62,943 bases of DNA from an uncultured bacterium (lineage in GTDB: Bacteria; Patescibacteriota; Minisyncoccia; UBA6257; GWB1-50-10): contig CAINEW010000024.1 of NCBI GenBank assembly GCA_903847915.1, forward strand, positions 1 through 62,943, written 5' to 3'. Made by a program: the position numbers and the translations under genes. Below the pieces are notes generated by a model. The model was not told where the DNA came from and ran no database searches. It saw only the letters and a list, made by a program, of their open reading frames with translations. Shown here piece by piece: positions 26,795 to 35,174 of this stretch. Within the stretch, counting starts at the first letter, position 1. Every line of letters begins with the position of its first letter.

Positions 26795-29283
26795 ATGAAT
26801 GCATTGCCGTTATACGAAAGCTGAATACTATTCCCCCGCGCGATTTCTTTTTTAAGAATTTTTTCTGCAAGCACGCTTCGCACATATTCAGAAATTGCCT
26901 GGCGTAAAGGACGCGCACCAAACACAGGACTAAATCCAATATTTGTTAATTGCACTAAAGCACTTTCTTCAAAAGTGAGGGTGATACCATGCGTACTACG
27001 AAGCGTTTCGGCGACTTCCGCAGTCAAAAATCCCGTTACTTTTAATGTTTCGTCTTTTGTAAGATTACGAAATGCAATAATATCTGAAAAACGATTGAGT
27101 AATTCCGGTTTGAAATAATCGGTCAGTTTTTTCTTTAATTCTTCTCCCACTTCAAGCGCGTCTTTTCCTGCTTCAATGGACTCTTTAATAAATTGCGAAT
27201 GAGCATTAGAAGTGGCAATAAGAATCGTATTTTCAAAATTCACGGTGCGCCCCATATTGTCCGTCAAGCGCCCTTCGTCAAACACTTGCAAAAATAAGTT
27301 AAAGATATCAGGATGCGCTTTCTCAAACTCATCTAACAAAATAAGGCAATAGGGATGCGTAATCACCGCATCAGTAAGTGCTCCACGAGTACTCCCATCC
27401 GGCGCCCCAATAAACCGCGCAATACTTTTTGCGTCTTGATATTCAGACATATCAAATCGCTGCATTAATTCTTTAGACCCGAACTGAAATTCAGTCAGTA
27501 TTTTTGATAATTCTGTTTTTCCTACCCCTGTTGGTCCTACAAAAAGAAATGAGGCAATGGGCCCTCCTTTACGTGAAAGGCCACTTCGATATTCTCTCAA
27601 CGCACGCGCCACCGCAGATACTGCAGGATCTTGATTAATAAATTTTTTATGAATAAATGCTTCAAGATTTAATAATTTCTCTGTCTCTGCCTCACCTGCA
27701 CTATGAATCGGGATTTTACTTTCCCGCTCTGCAACTGCAATAACCATTTCCGCGGTAAGTGTAGATAGTCGCTCATGATTTGCCTCTGCAAGTGCCTGAC
27801 TTAACAAATTAATAGCACTCCCCGGAAGAAGTTTTGAATGAAAATAACGATGCGCGCACTCTACCGCCTTTAACACCGCAGGAAACGTAATCAACACACG
27901 AAACTGACGCTCAAGTACAATACTCATAAAGGTCAACACCCGCACCGCCTCTTGTGGAGTAATTTCTTGAACCTCCACCACTTCAAATTCCTCCATAAAA
28001 TTACTCTGTGGTTCAATAATAGTTTTAAACTCGCGAGGAGCAGTTTCTCCAATCACCGGAATCATCGCATCCCGTATAATCGGCAAAAAAATATTGATAG
28101 GACTTAATGCTCCCTGACTTGGTTCATGAAAAAACTCATGAACGTGAGGAATGACCAACACAATATTTCCTGCAAGAATAATTTCTTCTGCAATTGTTTG
28201 AAGACGTTGCGCAATCACCTCTGACGAACCACCAGAAAGCAAATCCGACACGCGCAACTCAACAAGACGCTTATCAAAAAGCACTGAAGGCACATCATCT
28301 TTTATTATTTGGAACGCAAGGTGAGCAATAAGAGACGATTTGCCCGCTCCCGCCTCCCCCACCAACAACGCGTTAGGCTTCCCGGGACGAGCGATCACCG
28401 AAAGAAGTTCGCGATATTCTTTCTCGTGTCCTACTAAAAGTCCGATTTCTTCCGCGCGTGCCACCGTAGTTAAGTCCTCACTATACATATCAAGCGTGGG
28501 CGTTGGACGTGCACTCCACGCACGATTCATCGTTCGCTGTCTTTTTATTCCCGCATAATGGGCGAATGATCCTAGTGTCGCAGGCATTGATCGTATTTTC
28601 GCAAACATTTTTTTCCACTTTCCAAAAAGTACTGCCTCGCGCACCGCACTCGGCTCAACACCAAACAATGCGAAAAGTTTTAGAATCACGGGATCTTGAA
28701 CGGTCAATAATCCCGCAAAAAGCGCGCGGGGCTCAATAAAACGCTCATGAGTATCACGCGCATACACATATGCCTCAAGCATCAACGCCTCGATATACTG
28801 GAAAGGATCGTTGTTATGAAACGCAGTGGCAACATCAGAAGAGTCACTCTCTTTAATAAGAGAATCTATTTTTTCAGTAAAAGGACGAACACCAACTCCA
28901 AGACGCATCAATACCTCTTCGATGTCTTTCTTTTTAATAAGCGAGTAGAGAAGAACAAGATGAAATGGTTGACGCAACGAACGCGCGGTATAAAACGAAG
29001 AAGAAAGAAGGTGATAGGCACGTGGCGTCACCACTTCATTCACGTTCACACGCTCCCCTTTTAATTCAGAAAGTGTTTGTTCTCCTTCTCCGATATGAAT
29101 AAAACGATCGGACAAGAAAAGAAAAAAAAGAAGGGCGAGCCATCGAAAGCGAGGGATGTCGGAAAAGAAAAGAAGAAACGTAACAGAAACAAGCGTCACA
29201 TATGTAACGTAGGAAACGAGACGTACACAAAAATCCCCTATACGGGATAAATGAAGTCGTGGTTCGTTAAAAAAGAGTTCCAT
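26776..29283 (-). CDS. ClpA/B/C-family double AAA+ ATPase with hydrophobic N-terminal membrane segment
   Basis: 835 aa with Walker A motifs GEAGAGKSS and GPTGVGKTE and Walker B LLDEFEKA. The first ~60 aa are strongly hydrophobic rather than a canonical Clp_N repeat. Confidence 0.8.
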   Translation of the reverse strand: MELFFNEPRLHLSRIGDFCVRLVSYVTYVTLVSVTFLLFFSDIPRFRWLALLFFLFLSDRFIHIGEGEQTLSELKGERVNVNEVVTPRAYHLLSSSFYTARSLRQPFHLVLLYSLIKKKDIEEVLMRLGVGVRPFTEKIDSLIKESDSSDVATAFHNNDPFQYIEALMLEAYVYARDTHERFIEPRALFAGLLTVQDPVILKLFALFGVEPSAVREAVLFGKWKKMFAKIRSMPATLGSFAHYAGIKRQRTMNRAWSARPTPTLDMYSEDLTTVARAEEIGLLVGHEKEYRELLSVIARPGKPNALLVGEAGAGKSSLIAHLAFQIIKDDVPSVLFDKRLVELRVSDLLSGGSSEVIAQRLQTIAEEIILAGNIVLVIPHVHEFFHEPSQGALSPINIFLPIIRDAMIPVIGETAPREFKTIIEPQSNFMEEFEVVEVQEITPQEAVRVLTFMSIVLERQFRVLITFPAVLKAVECAHRYFHSKLLPGSAINLLSQALAEANHERLSTLTAEMVIAVAERESKIPIHSAGEAETEKLLNLEAFIHKKFINQDPAVSAVARALREYRSGLSRKGGPIASFLFVGPTGVGKTELSKILTEFQFGSKELMQRFDMSEYQDAKSIARFIGAPDGSTRGALTDAVITHPYCLILLDEFEKAHPDIFNLFLQVFDEGRLTDNMGRTVNFENTILIATSNAHSQFIKESIEAGKDALEVGEELKKKLTDYFKPELLNRFSDIIAFRNLTKDETLKVTGFLTAEVAETLRSTHGITLTFEESALVQLTNIGFSPVFGARPLRQAISEYVRSVLAEKILKKEIARGNSIQLSYNGNAFIWRTIA

Positions 29284-29286
29284 AGA

Positions 29287-29655
29287 TTAGAAAATAATAC
29301 GAAAAAGCGCATAGAGAGGTACAACAAGCCACACACAATATCCAATCGCCGCACATCCAAAAAAAAGAGAGTAAATGATAAAGGCACACACAAGACGTAA
29401 GAAACGGAATAAAAATCCAACCACATACCCAAGAAACGAATAATCTTTATAAAGCGGCTCAAAAAGATGGTGAAGGGTAATGCGCCATGCAAGCACGCGG
29501 TCAAATGCCTCCGCGCGATTCATCACCGCATCCCAATAAATATGCCAACTTTTCACATACCAATGACGCACAAAAAGTGTGATATGAAAAAAAAGATGTC
29601 CTAAAAGATACCCAACCACATTCGTCTGCATAGTGTCTTTATTATACCCTATCAC
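29287..29655 (-). CDS. hypothetical integral membrane protein
   Basis: 122 aa and multi-TM. It lies 3 nt upstream of the Clp-like gene on the same strand. Confidence 0.5.
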   Translation of the reverse strand: MIGYNKDTMQTNVVGYLLGHLFFHITLFVRHWYVKSWHIYWDAVMNRAEAFDRVLAWRITLHHLFEPLYKDYSFLGYVVGFLFRFLRLVCAFIIYSLFFGCAAIGYCVWLVVPLYALFRIIF

Positions 29656-29716
29656 TCATAAATAAGAGAAAATAAATCCCCACCCTTTATATAAAAGGAT
29701 GGGGATAAAAACTGGG

Positions 29717-30160
29717 CTATGGAAACCCAGCTTTTCTAATAGGAGGAGCAACAACAGTGGAATCAAACATCAATCTCCCTTGCGAATCAATATCTGATTG
29801 ATGAATTACAAAAACACCATGAGGATAATCGACCAACAACACTCCCTTTTCTTCGTATCCGAGAACACGATCCCATTTATAGTGATAAGAAAACCGAGGA
29901 AATTCCGGGATCACATCATACCATTCCGCAGTCATCACCAAAGGATAGTTTTGAATAAGATCCTCCGGAGATAGTGTATCTTGAATATCTACGAGCGACA
30001 TATGTTCGTTATCATAGGTGATCATCACTCTGCCCACAGCCGCATATCCTCTTGAATGAGTACTATGATCGCGATCACTATTTAACTCACTTAAAATAAA
30101 GATAGCGAAAAAAATTAACAAAACACCAATAACAGCTTTTATATTCGGCGTCATATACAT
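29717..30160 (-). CDS. hypothetical protein with N-terminal TM anchor
   Basis: 147-aa ORF. No family recognised. Confidence 0.45.
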   Translation of the reverse strand: MYMTPNIKAVIGVLLIFFAIFILSELNSDRDHSTHSRGYAAVGRVMITYDNEHMSLVDIQDTLSPEDLIQNYPLVMTAEWYDVIPEFPRFSYHYKWDRVLGYEEKGVLLVDYPHGVFVIHQSDIDSQGRLMFDSTVVAPPIRKAGFP

Positions 30161-30294
30161 CCTTTCAATTAAATTATTAAAAATACTATATTACTTAACT
30201 TTATAAGTATACCATATTATACAAAAAAACACAATAGTAGTATTACTCTAATCACTAGTGGCAAATGGCTAAAGCCCTCATTCTATAAGGGTTT

Positions 30295-30915
30295 TTAAAG
30301 GATATTCTCCTGAATCGTTGATTCTGATTTTTCTTCTTTAGATGCGGATTCCGCAATCAGCGCATCATATTTTTCTAAAATCTTCGGGAGTTTATGGAAG
30401 CTTTTTGTAAGTGCAAGAAGTGTTCCTGTAGAACGCAATGCCGCCGCAGGGTGAAAAAGCGGTACGAGAAATCTAGTATCGAGACGAAACAATTTTCCTT
30501 GATCACGCGTAATCTTCGCCGTCGGCAAAAAATAATTCATAGAAAATCGTCCGAGTGTCGCAATAATTTTCGGATTAATAATTTCAATCTGGCGCGCAAG
30601 GTAGGGCTTGTAGGCCTCAATCTCTTCAGGGAGTGGATCGCGATTGTCTGGCGGTCGCCGTTTTACAATATTCGTGATATAGACGTCTTCTCGCTTCCAT
30701 CCAACCGCCTGAATAAGCTTGGTGAGAAGTTGTCCCGAACGTCCCACAAATGGCCGCTTTTGTTGATCTTCATGAAACCCCGGCGCCTCTCCAATAAACA
30801 TCACCGCACAATTAATATCCCCCTCCCCAAACACAAGATTGGATTCCTGAAGTTGCAATGACATATCGTTCTCAATTTCCTCTTGAAGTGCTCTCAATAA
30901 TTCTTGTTTGCCCAT
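30295..30915 (-). CDS. udg: uracil-DNA glycosylase, family 4
   Basis: FIGEAPGFHEDQQKRPFVGRSGQLL and the C-terminal HPAA motif match family 4 UDG. The start is moved to the ATG at 30915 (MGKQELL) because the longer ORF overlaps the upstream DUF167 gene. Confidence 0.85.
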   Translation of the reverse strand: MGKQELLRALQEEIENDMSLQLQESNLVFGEGDINCAVMFIGEAPGFHEDQQKRPFVGRSGQLLTKLIQAVGWKREDVYITNIVKRRPPDNRDPLPEEIEAYKPYLARQIEIINPKIIATLGRFSMNYFLPTAKITRDQGKLFRLDTRFLVPLFHPAAALRSTGTLLALTKSFHKLPKILEKYDALIAESASKEEKSESTIQENIL

Positions 30916-30922
30916 AAGAGCA

Positions 30923-31141
30923 TTATACAATTTCAAATATTTTTGTCTTTGAAGTAAATCCAGAAACGAGCGACACGTGAGATGGAGAAACACGAAAATA
31001 TTCCGCAAGCGCTTTTGCGATGGCACGATTTGCCCTCCCCTGCACCGGCAGTTCTTTCACCGAAACTACAAAATATGTCTCATTAATTTTTTCTACTTTC
31101 TCCTCCCTCGCATTCGGTTTTGCTTGAACAATTATTTTCAT
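30923..31141 (-). CDS. DUF167 (YggU-like) protein
   Basis: 72 aa: KPNAREEKV......V.V...P..G.AN.A....LA..F.V....V.L.SG..S..K. Confidence 0.7.
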   Translation of the reverse strand: MKIIVQAKPNAREEKVEKINETYFVVSVKELPVQGRANRAIAKALAEYFRVSPSHVSLVSGFTSKTKIFEIV

Positions 31142-31191
31142 AATTACTTACTCTTACTAAAGAGTGTAATCTATGATATATAAAGAGCAAC

Positions 31192-31263
31192 GCCCTTGTC
31201 GTTCAACGGATAGGACGCCTCCCTCCGAAGGAGGCGATAGAGGTTCAATTCCTCTCGAGGGCA
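31192..31263 (+). tRNA. tRNA-Arg (anticodon CCG)
   Basis: Acceptor gcccttg/cgagggc, anticodon stem cctcc/ggagg with loop ctCCGaa, T-arm agagg-ttcaatt-cctct, discriminator A. CCA is not encoded. Confidence 0.85.
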
Positions 31264-31328
31264 CAAAGTAATTAAAAATAAACAGCTAATAACTTATAAC
31301 GGAATTTAAAAATAACTAACTAAACAAA

Positions 31329-31473
31329 CGAGAGGAATTGAACATAAAGGAGGGGTCGGGAGGAGAAGAGTCCTCCCGTAGAGGAAGAGATTAGAAACCG
31401 TGGGTTTCTAAAGAGTCCGCCCAAGGCGGACGATGCGAACTTCCTCTCGAGGGCACTGAAAGAGGAATTGAAC
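31329..31473 (+). other. structured tRNA-Arg-derived repeat block (inverted and direct partial copies), not an intact tRNA
   Basis: 31329..31343 is the exact reverse complement of tRNA positions 31243..31257. 31441..31456 is a 16-nt direct copy of the tRNA 3' end (31249..31264). 31461..31473 is a second inverted T-arm copy. Three clean hairpins lie in between. Confidence 0.6.
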
Positions 31474-31481
31474 TGGAATAA

Positions 31482-31517
31482 ATTACTATCAATTACCACC
31501 GAATTACCTTGAATCCT
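31482..31517 (+). repeat. phased ATTAC array E (3-4 units)
   Basis: ATTAC starts at 31482, 31492 and 31503, with a degenerate unit at 31513. The 23 nt at 31479..31501 are identical to 37624..37646. Confidence 0.8.
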
Positions 31518-31872
31518 ATCTCTTCTTTCTCACCACTTTTTTCTTCGATACGGATTTTTTCTTTTTTACTACTTTAGATTTCTTTTGGGGTTTTAATGAT
31601 TTTTGAGACGTCGGCTGAACGAGATACACCAAATCTCCTTCTCGCACACGCTTTTTTACCTTGAGTCCCATCTGTTTTCCTTTAAGCGCGACTTTCACTT
31701 GCTTGTGATTAAACTGCATTGATTCAATCGGTTGAGAAAAATCGGTCGTCGCACCTTCAAATCGAACAATAACACCCACTTTGACGGCGAGAGAAAATTT
31801 CACAATCCCCACTTTGATATGAGGAAAATAATGAGTTACTTTTCCAATCGGTTTTATAGGTTTAATATTCAT
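31516..31872 (-). CDS. translation-elongation-factor-like small beta-barrel protein with Lys-rich tail
   Basis: 118 aa. PIGKVTHYFPHIKVGIVKF...VG..VRFEG.TTDF.Q.I.SMQ......A.KG..MGLKV...VREGD.VY resembles an EF-Tu domain-2-like fold. Confidence 0.5.
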   Translation of the reverse strand: MNIKPIKPIGKVTHYFPHIKVGIVKFSLAVKVGVIVRFEGATTDFSQPIESMQFNHKQVKVALKGKQMGLKVKKRVREGDLVYLVQPTSQKSLKPQKKSKVVKKKKSVSKKKVVRKKR

Positions 31873-31883
31873 AAATAATAATT

Positions 31884-32513
31884 TTATAAAGCGCGCCCTT
31901 TAATCCCGTGCTTCCGTTCTTCGGACTCAATACACGCGACAAGCTTATCAATCAAATCCGCAGGATCTTTTGAAAAAACAGTGCTCCCAACTCCGCGGTG
32001 GGACTTATCCACCAAATCCCGAATCAAATCCGCCACACCTCCCGTCCCTTCCAACACGCCATTCGGTTTTTTATCTTCATAGACAATTGTAAATTCATTG
32101 AGCGTGCCAATACGACCGCAAATCGTCACCACCGCATCCGAAGAACGTGTCAGAAGAAGATTGCGTCCAGAATATTCAAATCCGGTATAGACAATCACAT
32201 CATGATAATCCACCGGCAAATGATAGGTCTTGATATGCGCAAGTTTTGAGGCGGCAGGAGAGAGTCCAATCACCATCCCCCCCGCTTCTTTCGCGCCTTT
32301 TGCCGCCCAATAAGGAATGCCGACTGTTGCCCCGGTCACGAGCACCAATCCGCGTTTTGCAATTTCGCGTCCCACTTCTTCCGCTTTCTGAATCGCACCG
32401 GGACTACAATGTCCCGTTTCCGCTGCACCAGAAACACAAATTTTATATTTCAAATGATGATGCGCGGCAAGTGCCTGTGTAACTGACGCAAGAGTTTTCT
32501 TTTTGAGTGCCAT
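31884..32513 (-). CDS. TIGR00725/LOG-like Rossmann-fold protein
   Basis: 209 aa with VSGAAETG...GLVLVTGATVGIPYWAAKGAKEAGG..IG.SP. Confidence 0.6.
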   Translation of the reverse strand: MALKKKTLASVTQALAAHHHLKYKICVSGAAETGHCSPGAIQKAEEVGREIAKRGLVLVTGATVGIPYWAAKGAKEAGGMVIGLSPAASKLAHIKTYHLPVDYHDVIVYTGFEYSGRNLLLTRSSDAVVTICGRIGTLNEFTIVYEDKKPNGVLEGTGGVADLIRDLVDKSHRGVGSTVFSKDPADLIDKLVACIESEERKHGIKGRAL

Positions 32514-32539
32514 AATTGTTATTTGTTTTTACTTTTTTA

Positions 32540-33898
32540 TTATAGCACGACGGTTTCTCCTGCACGAGGCACACGCGCCTGAATAGAGTGATATCGATCG
32601 CACACATGTCCCGCAAACGCCTCTGCATCCTCACCTTCTCCCTGCACCACAAATAATTGTTTGAGATTTTTATGAATATGATCTACCCATTTCAATAATT
32701 GTGGCTTGTCCGCATGCGCTGAATATCCTCCAATAGAGGCGATCTGCGCCGCAACAGGCATCTCTTCCCCCATAATCCGCACGAGAGGTGCCCCCTCAAG
32801 CAATCTGCGCCCTAATGAGCCCTGTGCTTGATAACCCATAACTAAAAGAGTGCTTTTTGGATCAGGAAGATACCGTCGTTCATGATGTAAAATCCTCCCT
32901 GCCTGCGACATCCCCGACCCCGCAATCACAATCTTTGGGGCAGGAATCTCATTAATCGCTTTTGATTGTTCTGTGGTAAGTGTCATATGCAATCCGGGGA
33001 AATCAAAAATCGCATCGCCTCCACGAATAAGTTGAATCGATTCTTCACTGAAATAGAGAGGGTCGCTCGCATATTTTTGATACACCGCAGTTAATTTAAT
33101 CGCGAGCGGACTGTCAATAAATACCGGCACACGCGGAATTTTATTCTGTTCAATTAAATCATTCAATTCAAAAATCATTTCCTGCGTCCGTTCAAGCGCA
33201 AACGAAGGAATCATTAATACTCCTCCTTTTTTAATCGTCTCTTGAATAATATGCGCAAATAATTCATGGCGTGTCGGTGCATCTTCATGCACACGATTCC
33301 CATACGCGGACTCAATAAGTGCGTAGTCCGCTTCCACAGGATATTCCGTCCCACAAATAAACGGCGGTGGATTATTTCCCAAATCACCTGAACATACAAT
33401 CGTTTTCCCTTCTATTTTAATAATCGCAGACGCCGACCCCAATACATGCCCCGCATTCACAAAAGAAATTTCAAACGGTCCCACATTCATCACCTCATGA
33501 TATTTTCGCTTCTGCCAAAATCCCATCGTTGAGATCACTTCTGCAGGAGTATAGAGAAGGGGTTTATGTTTTTTGAGCGCCTCTTCTTGTAAGACGTGTT
33601 GAGAATCCAAAAGAATAAGCTCTCCTGTATCTTTCGCAGGAGGCGTAGAATAAATTACTCCTTTAAATCCTGCTTTAATAAGTTGAGGCAATCGTCCGAT
33701 ATGATCAAGATGCGGATGCGTCACAATCACCGCACTGATTTCTGCGGGATTATAAGGAAACGGCTCCCAGTTCAATCCCTCACAATAACTAGAACCCTGA
33801 TGCATCCCGCAATCCACCAAAATTTTTGTGGCTCCCGATTCAAACAAATAATTCGCCCCCGTCACCGCCCCCGCCCCCCCGCAAAAAGTAAGTTTCAT
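32540..33898 (-). CDS. beta-CASP family metallo-beta-lactamase RNA-processing nuclease
   Basis: 452 aa with MKLTFCGGAGAVTG, THPHLDHIG and the C-terminal GYSAHAD motif. Confidence 0.85.
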   Translation of the reverse strand: MKLTFCGGAGAVTGANYLFESGATKILVDCGMHQGSSYCEGLNWEPFPYNPAEISAVIVTHPHLDHIGRLPQLIKAGFKGVIYSTPPAKDTGELILLDSQHVLQEEALKKHKPLLYTPAEVISTMGFWQKRKYHEVMNVGPFEISFVNAGHVLGSASAIIKIEGKTIVCSGDLGNNPPPFICGTEYPVEADYALIESAYGNRVHEDAPTRHELFAHIIQETIKKGGVLMIPSFALERTQEMIFELNDLIEQNKIPRVPVFIDSPLAIKLTAVYQKYASDPLYFSEESIQLIRGGDAIFDFPGLHMTLTTEQSKAINEIPAPKIVIAGSGMSQAGRILHHERRYLPDPKSTLLVMGYQAQGSLGRRLLEGAPLVRIMGEEMPVAAQIASIGGYSAHADKPQLLKWVDHIHKNLKQLFVVQGEGEDAEAFAGHVCDRYHSIQARVPRAGETVVL

Positions 33899-33967
33899 TA
33901 TTCTTTTATTGTATCATTCTTGAAATACAAAGACGAAAAAAAACCCCACAAATAATAGGGGGGTTAG

Positions 33968-34981
33968 TTAAGGAATTAAATCACGAATAATTTCATCAAT
34001 CTGTTTGTGAGTAAGTTCGGAACAAAATGCGGAAAGCACTTGATCTGCACCATCGCGCGCATAATTCTTGAGTAAATTAACATCTCGAGTCGTGCGCGTT
34101 ACGGTATTCGTCCGAGGCGCAACAACCGAAAGATTTACATTGTGAGATACCCATTCGCCAGAAACACAATAATCTACACTCTCGTTATAAATTGATCCTC
34201 CTCTCCAAAACACTTCTTTAAGTTCGGGAGAAAAATTTTGCAATCGCATCGTTGAGTACCATCGATGAACCAACGGCAATATATCTCTTCGTTCATAAAG
34301 AGGACGGTTAAGAATAACAAATAGATCTGTCGGATGATAACGTTCTATTACATCACACACAGGAAGGGGTTTGGTCATCGCTCCATCCAGTACACTTATT
34401 CCAAGAGGCAAAATACGTCGTGGCTTATTATAAACCACAAACATACCACACGATCCACAAATAAGTTCTATAAGATCAAAAGTGTAGAGCGCGTCGATAA
34501 GAAGTCCTTTTCCATTTTCCGCATCTGTCGCTGATACAAGAAATTGAGATCGGGATTTCCGAACCGCTTCTATATTAAGTGGCTTAATATCACGTAATAC
34601 TTCTCCTACATAATCCACATTTACCATTTTCCATACCCGCCACGGATTATAAAATTCTTTCCGCGTCAGCTCTTCAAGATAAATAGTGAGACCGAATTTA
34701 CATTGATCCGCAAGAAAATACGCCGCGTTTGCCGCACCCGCCGAAACACCGACAACCACATCAAACGCATTCGTGAGTCCAAGATAATTGAGCGCCACAC
34801 CGACACCCGCGCCGAAAATCCCCAACATCGCTCCCCCACTAAAAATAAGCACGGGTTTAGTTTTTTTGTGATAATCATCTTTCCTTTCAAGAAACGATTT
34901 TTTTTCTTTGAGGTGATTCACAATCAATGACTCGCCGGAAAGCGCAACCGCTTCCGCTCCAATCTGATTAAAAATATTCAT
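33968..34981 (-). CDS. patatin-like phospholipase
   Basis: 337 aa with the SGGAMLGIFGAG oxyanion loop, the GVSAG nucleophile elbow and catalytic LDGA. Confidence 0.8.
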   Translation of the reverse strand: MNIFNQIGAEAVALSGESLIVNHLKEKKSFLERKDDYHKKTKPVLIFSGGAMLGIFGAGVGVALNYLGLTNAFDVVVGVSAGAANAAYFLADQCKFGLTIYLEELTRKEFYNPWRVWKMVNVDYVGEVLRDIKPLNIEAVRKSRSQFLVSATDAENGKGLLIDALYTFDLIELICGSCGMFVVYNKPRRILPLGISVLDGAMTKPLPVCDVIERYHPTDLFVILNRPLYERRDILPLVHRWYSTMRLQNFSPELKEVFWRGGSIYNESVDYCVSGEWVSHNVNLSVVAPRTNTVTRTTRDVNLLKNYARDGADQVLSAFCSELTHKQIDEIIRDLIP

Positions 34982-35103
34982 ACATCTACTCCAAAAGTTA
35001 AATTGTTAAAAAATACACTGGTTTACTTATAAAGGAAATACACGGCAATGTCAATTTTTCAAAAAGTATAACATTTTAGACGATCGCTCTAAATGTATAA
35101 CTT

Positions 35104-35174
35104 TTACTATCGCAATTACAACTAAATTACTACCATATTACAACTGTATTACTATCAAATTACTAATGAATTGC
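35104..35174 (+). repeat. phased ATTAC array C (6-7 units)
   Basis: ATTAC starts at 35115, 35126, 35137, 35148 and 35159, exactly 11 bp apart. Degenerate units flank it at ~35104 and at 35170 (ATTGC). Confidence 0.85.

Noticed and set aside
31329-31457. A second tRNA gene, or a tRNA with an intron, downstream of tRNA-Arg.
   Set aside because: No 5' acceptor strand, D-arm or 7-nt anticodon loop can be drawn. Only the 3' 16 nt and T-arm complements are present.
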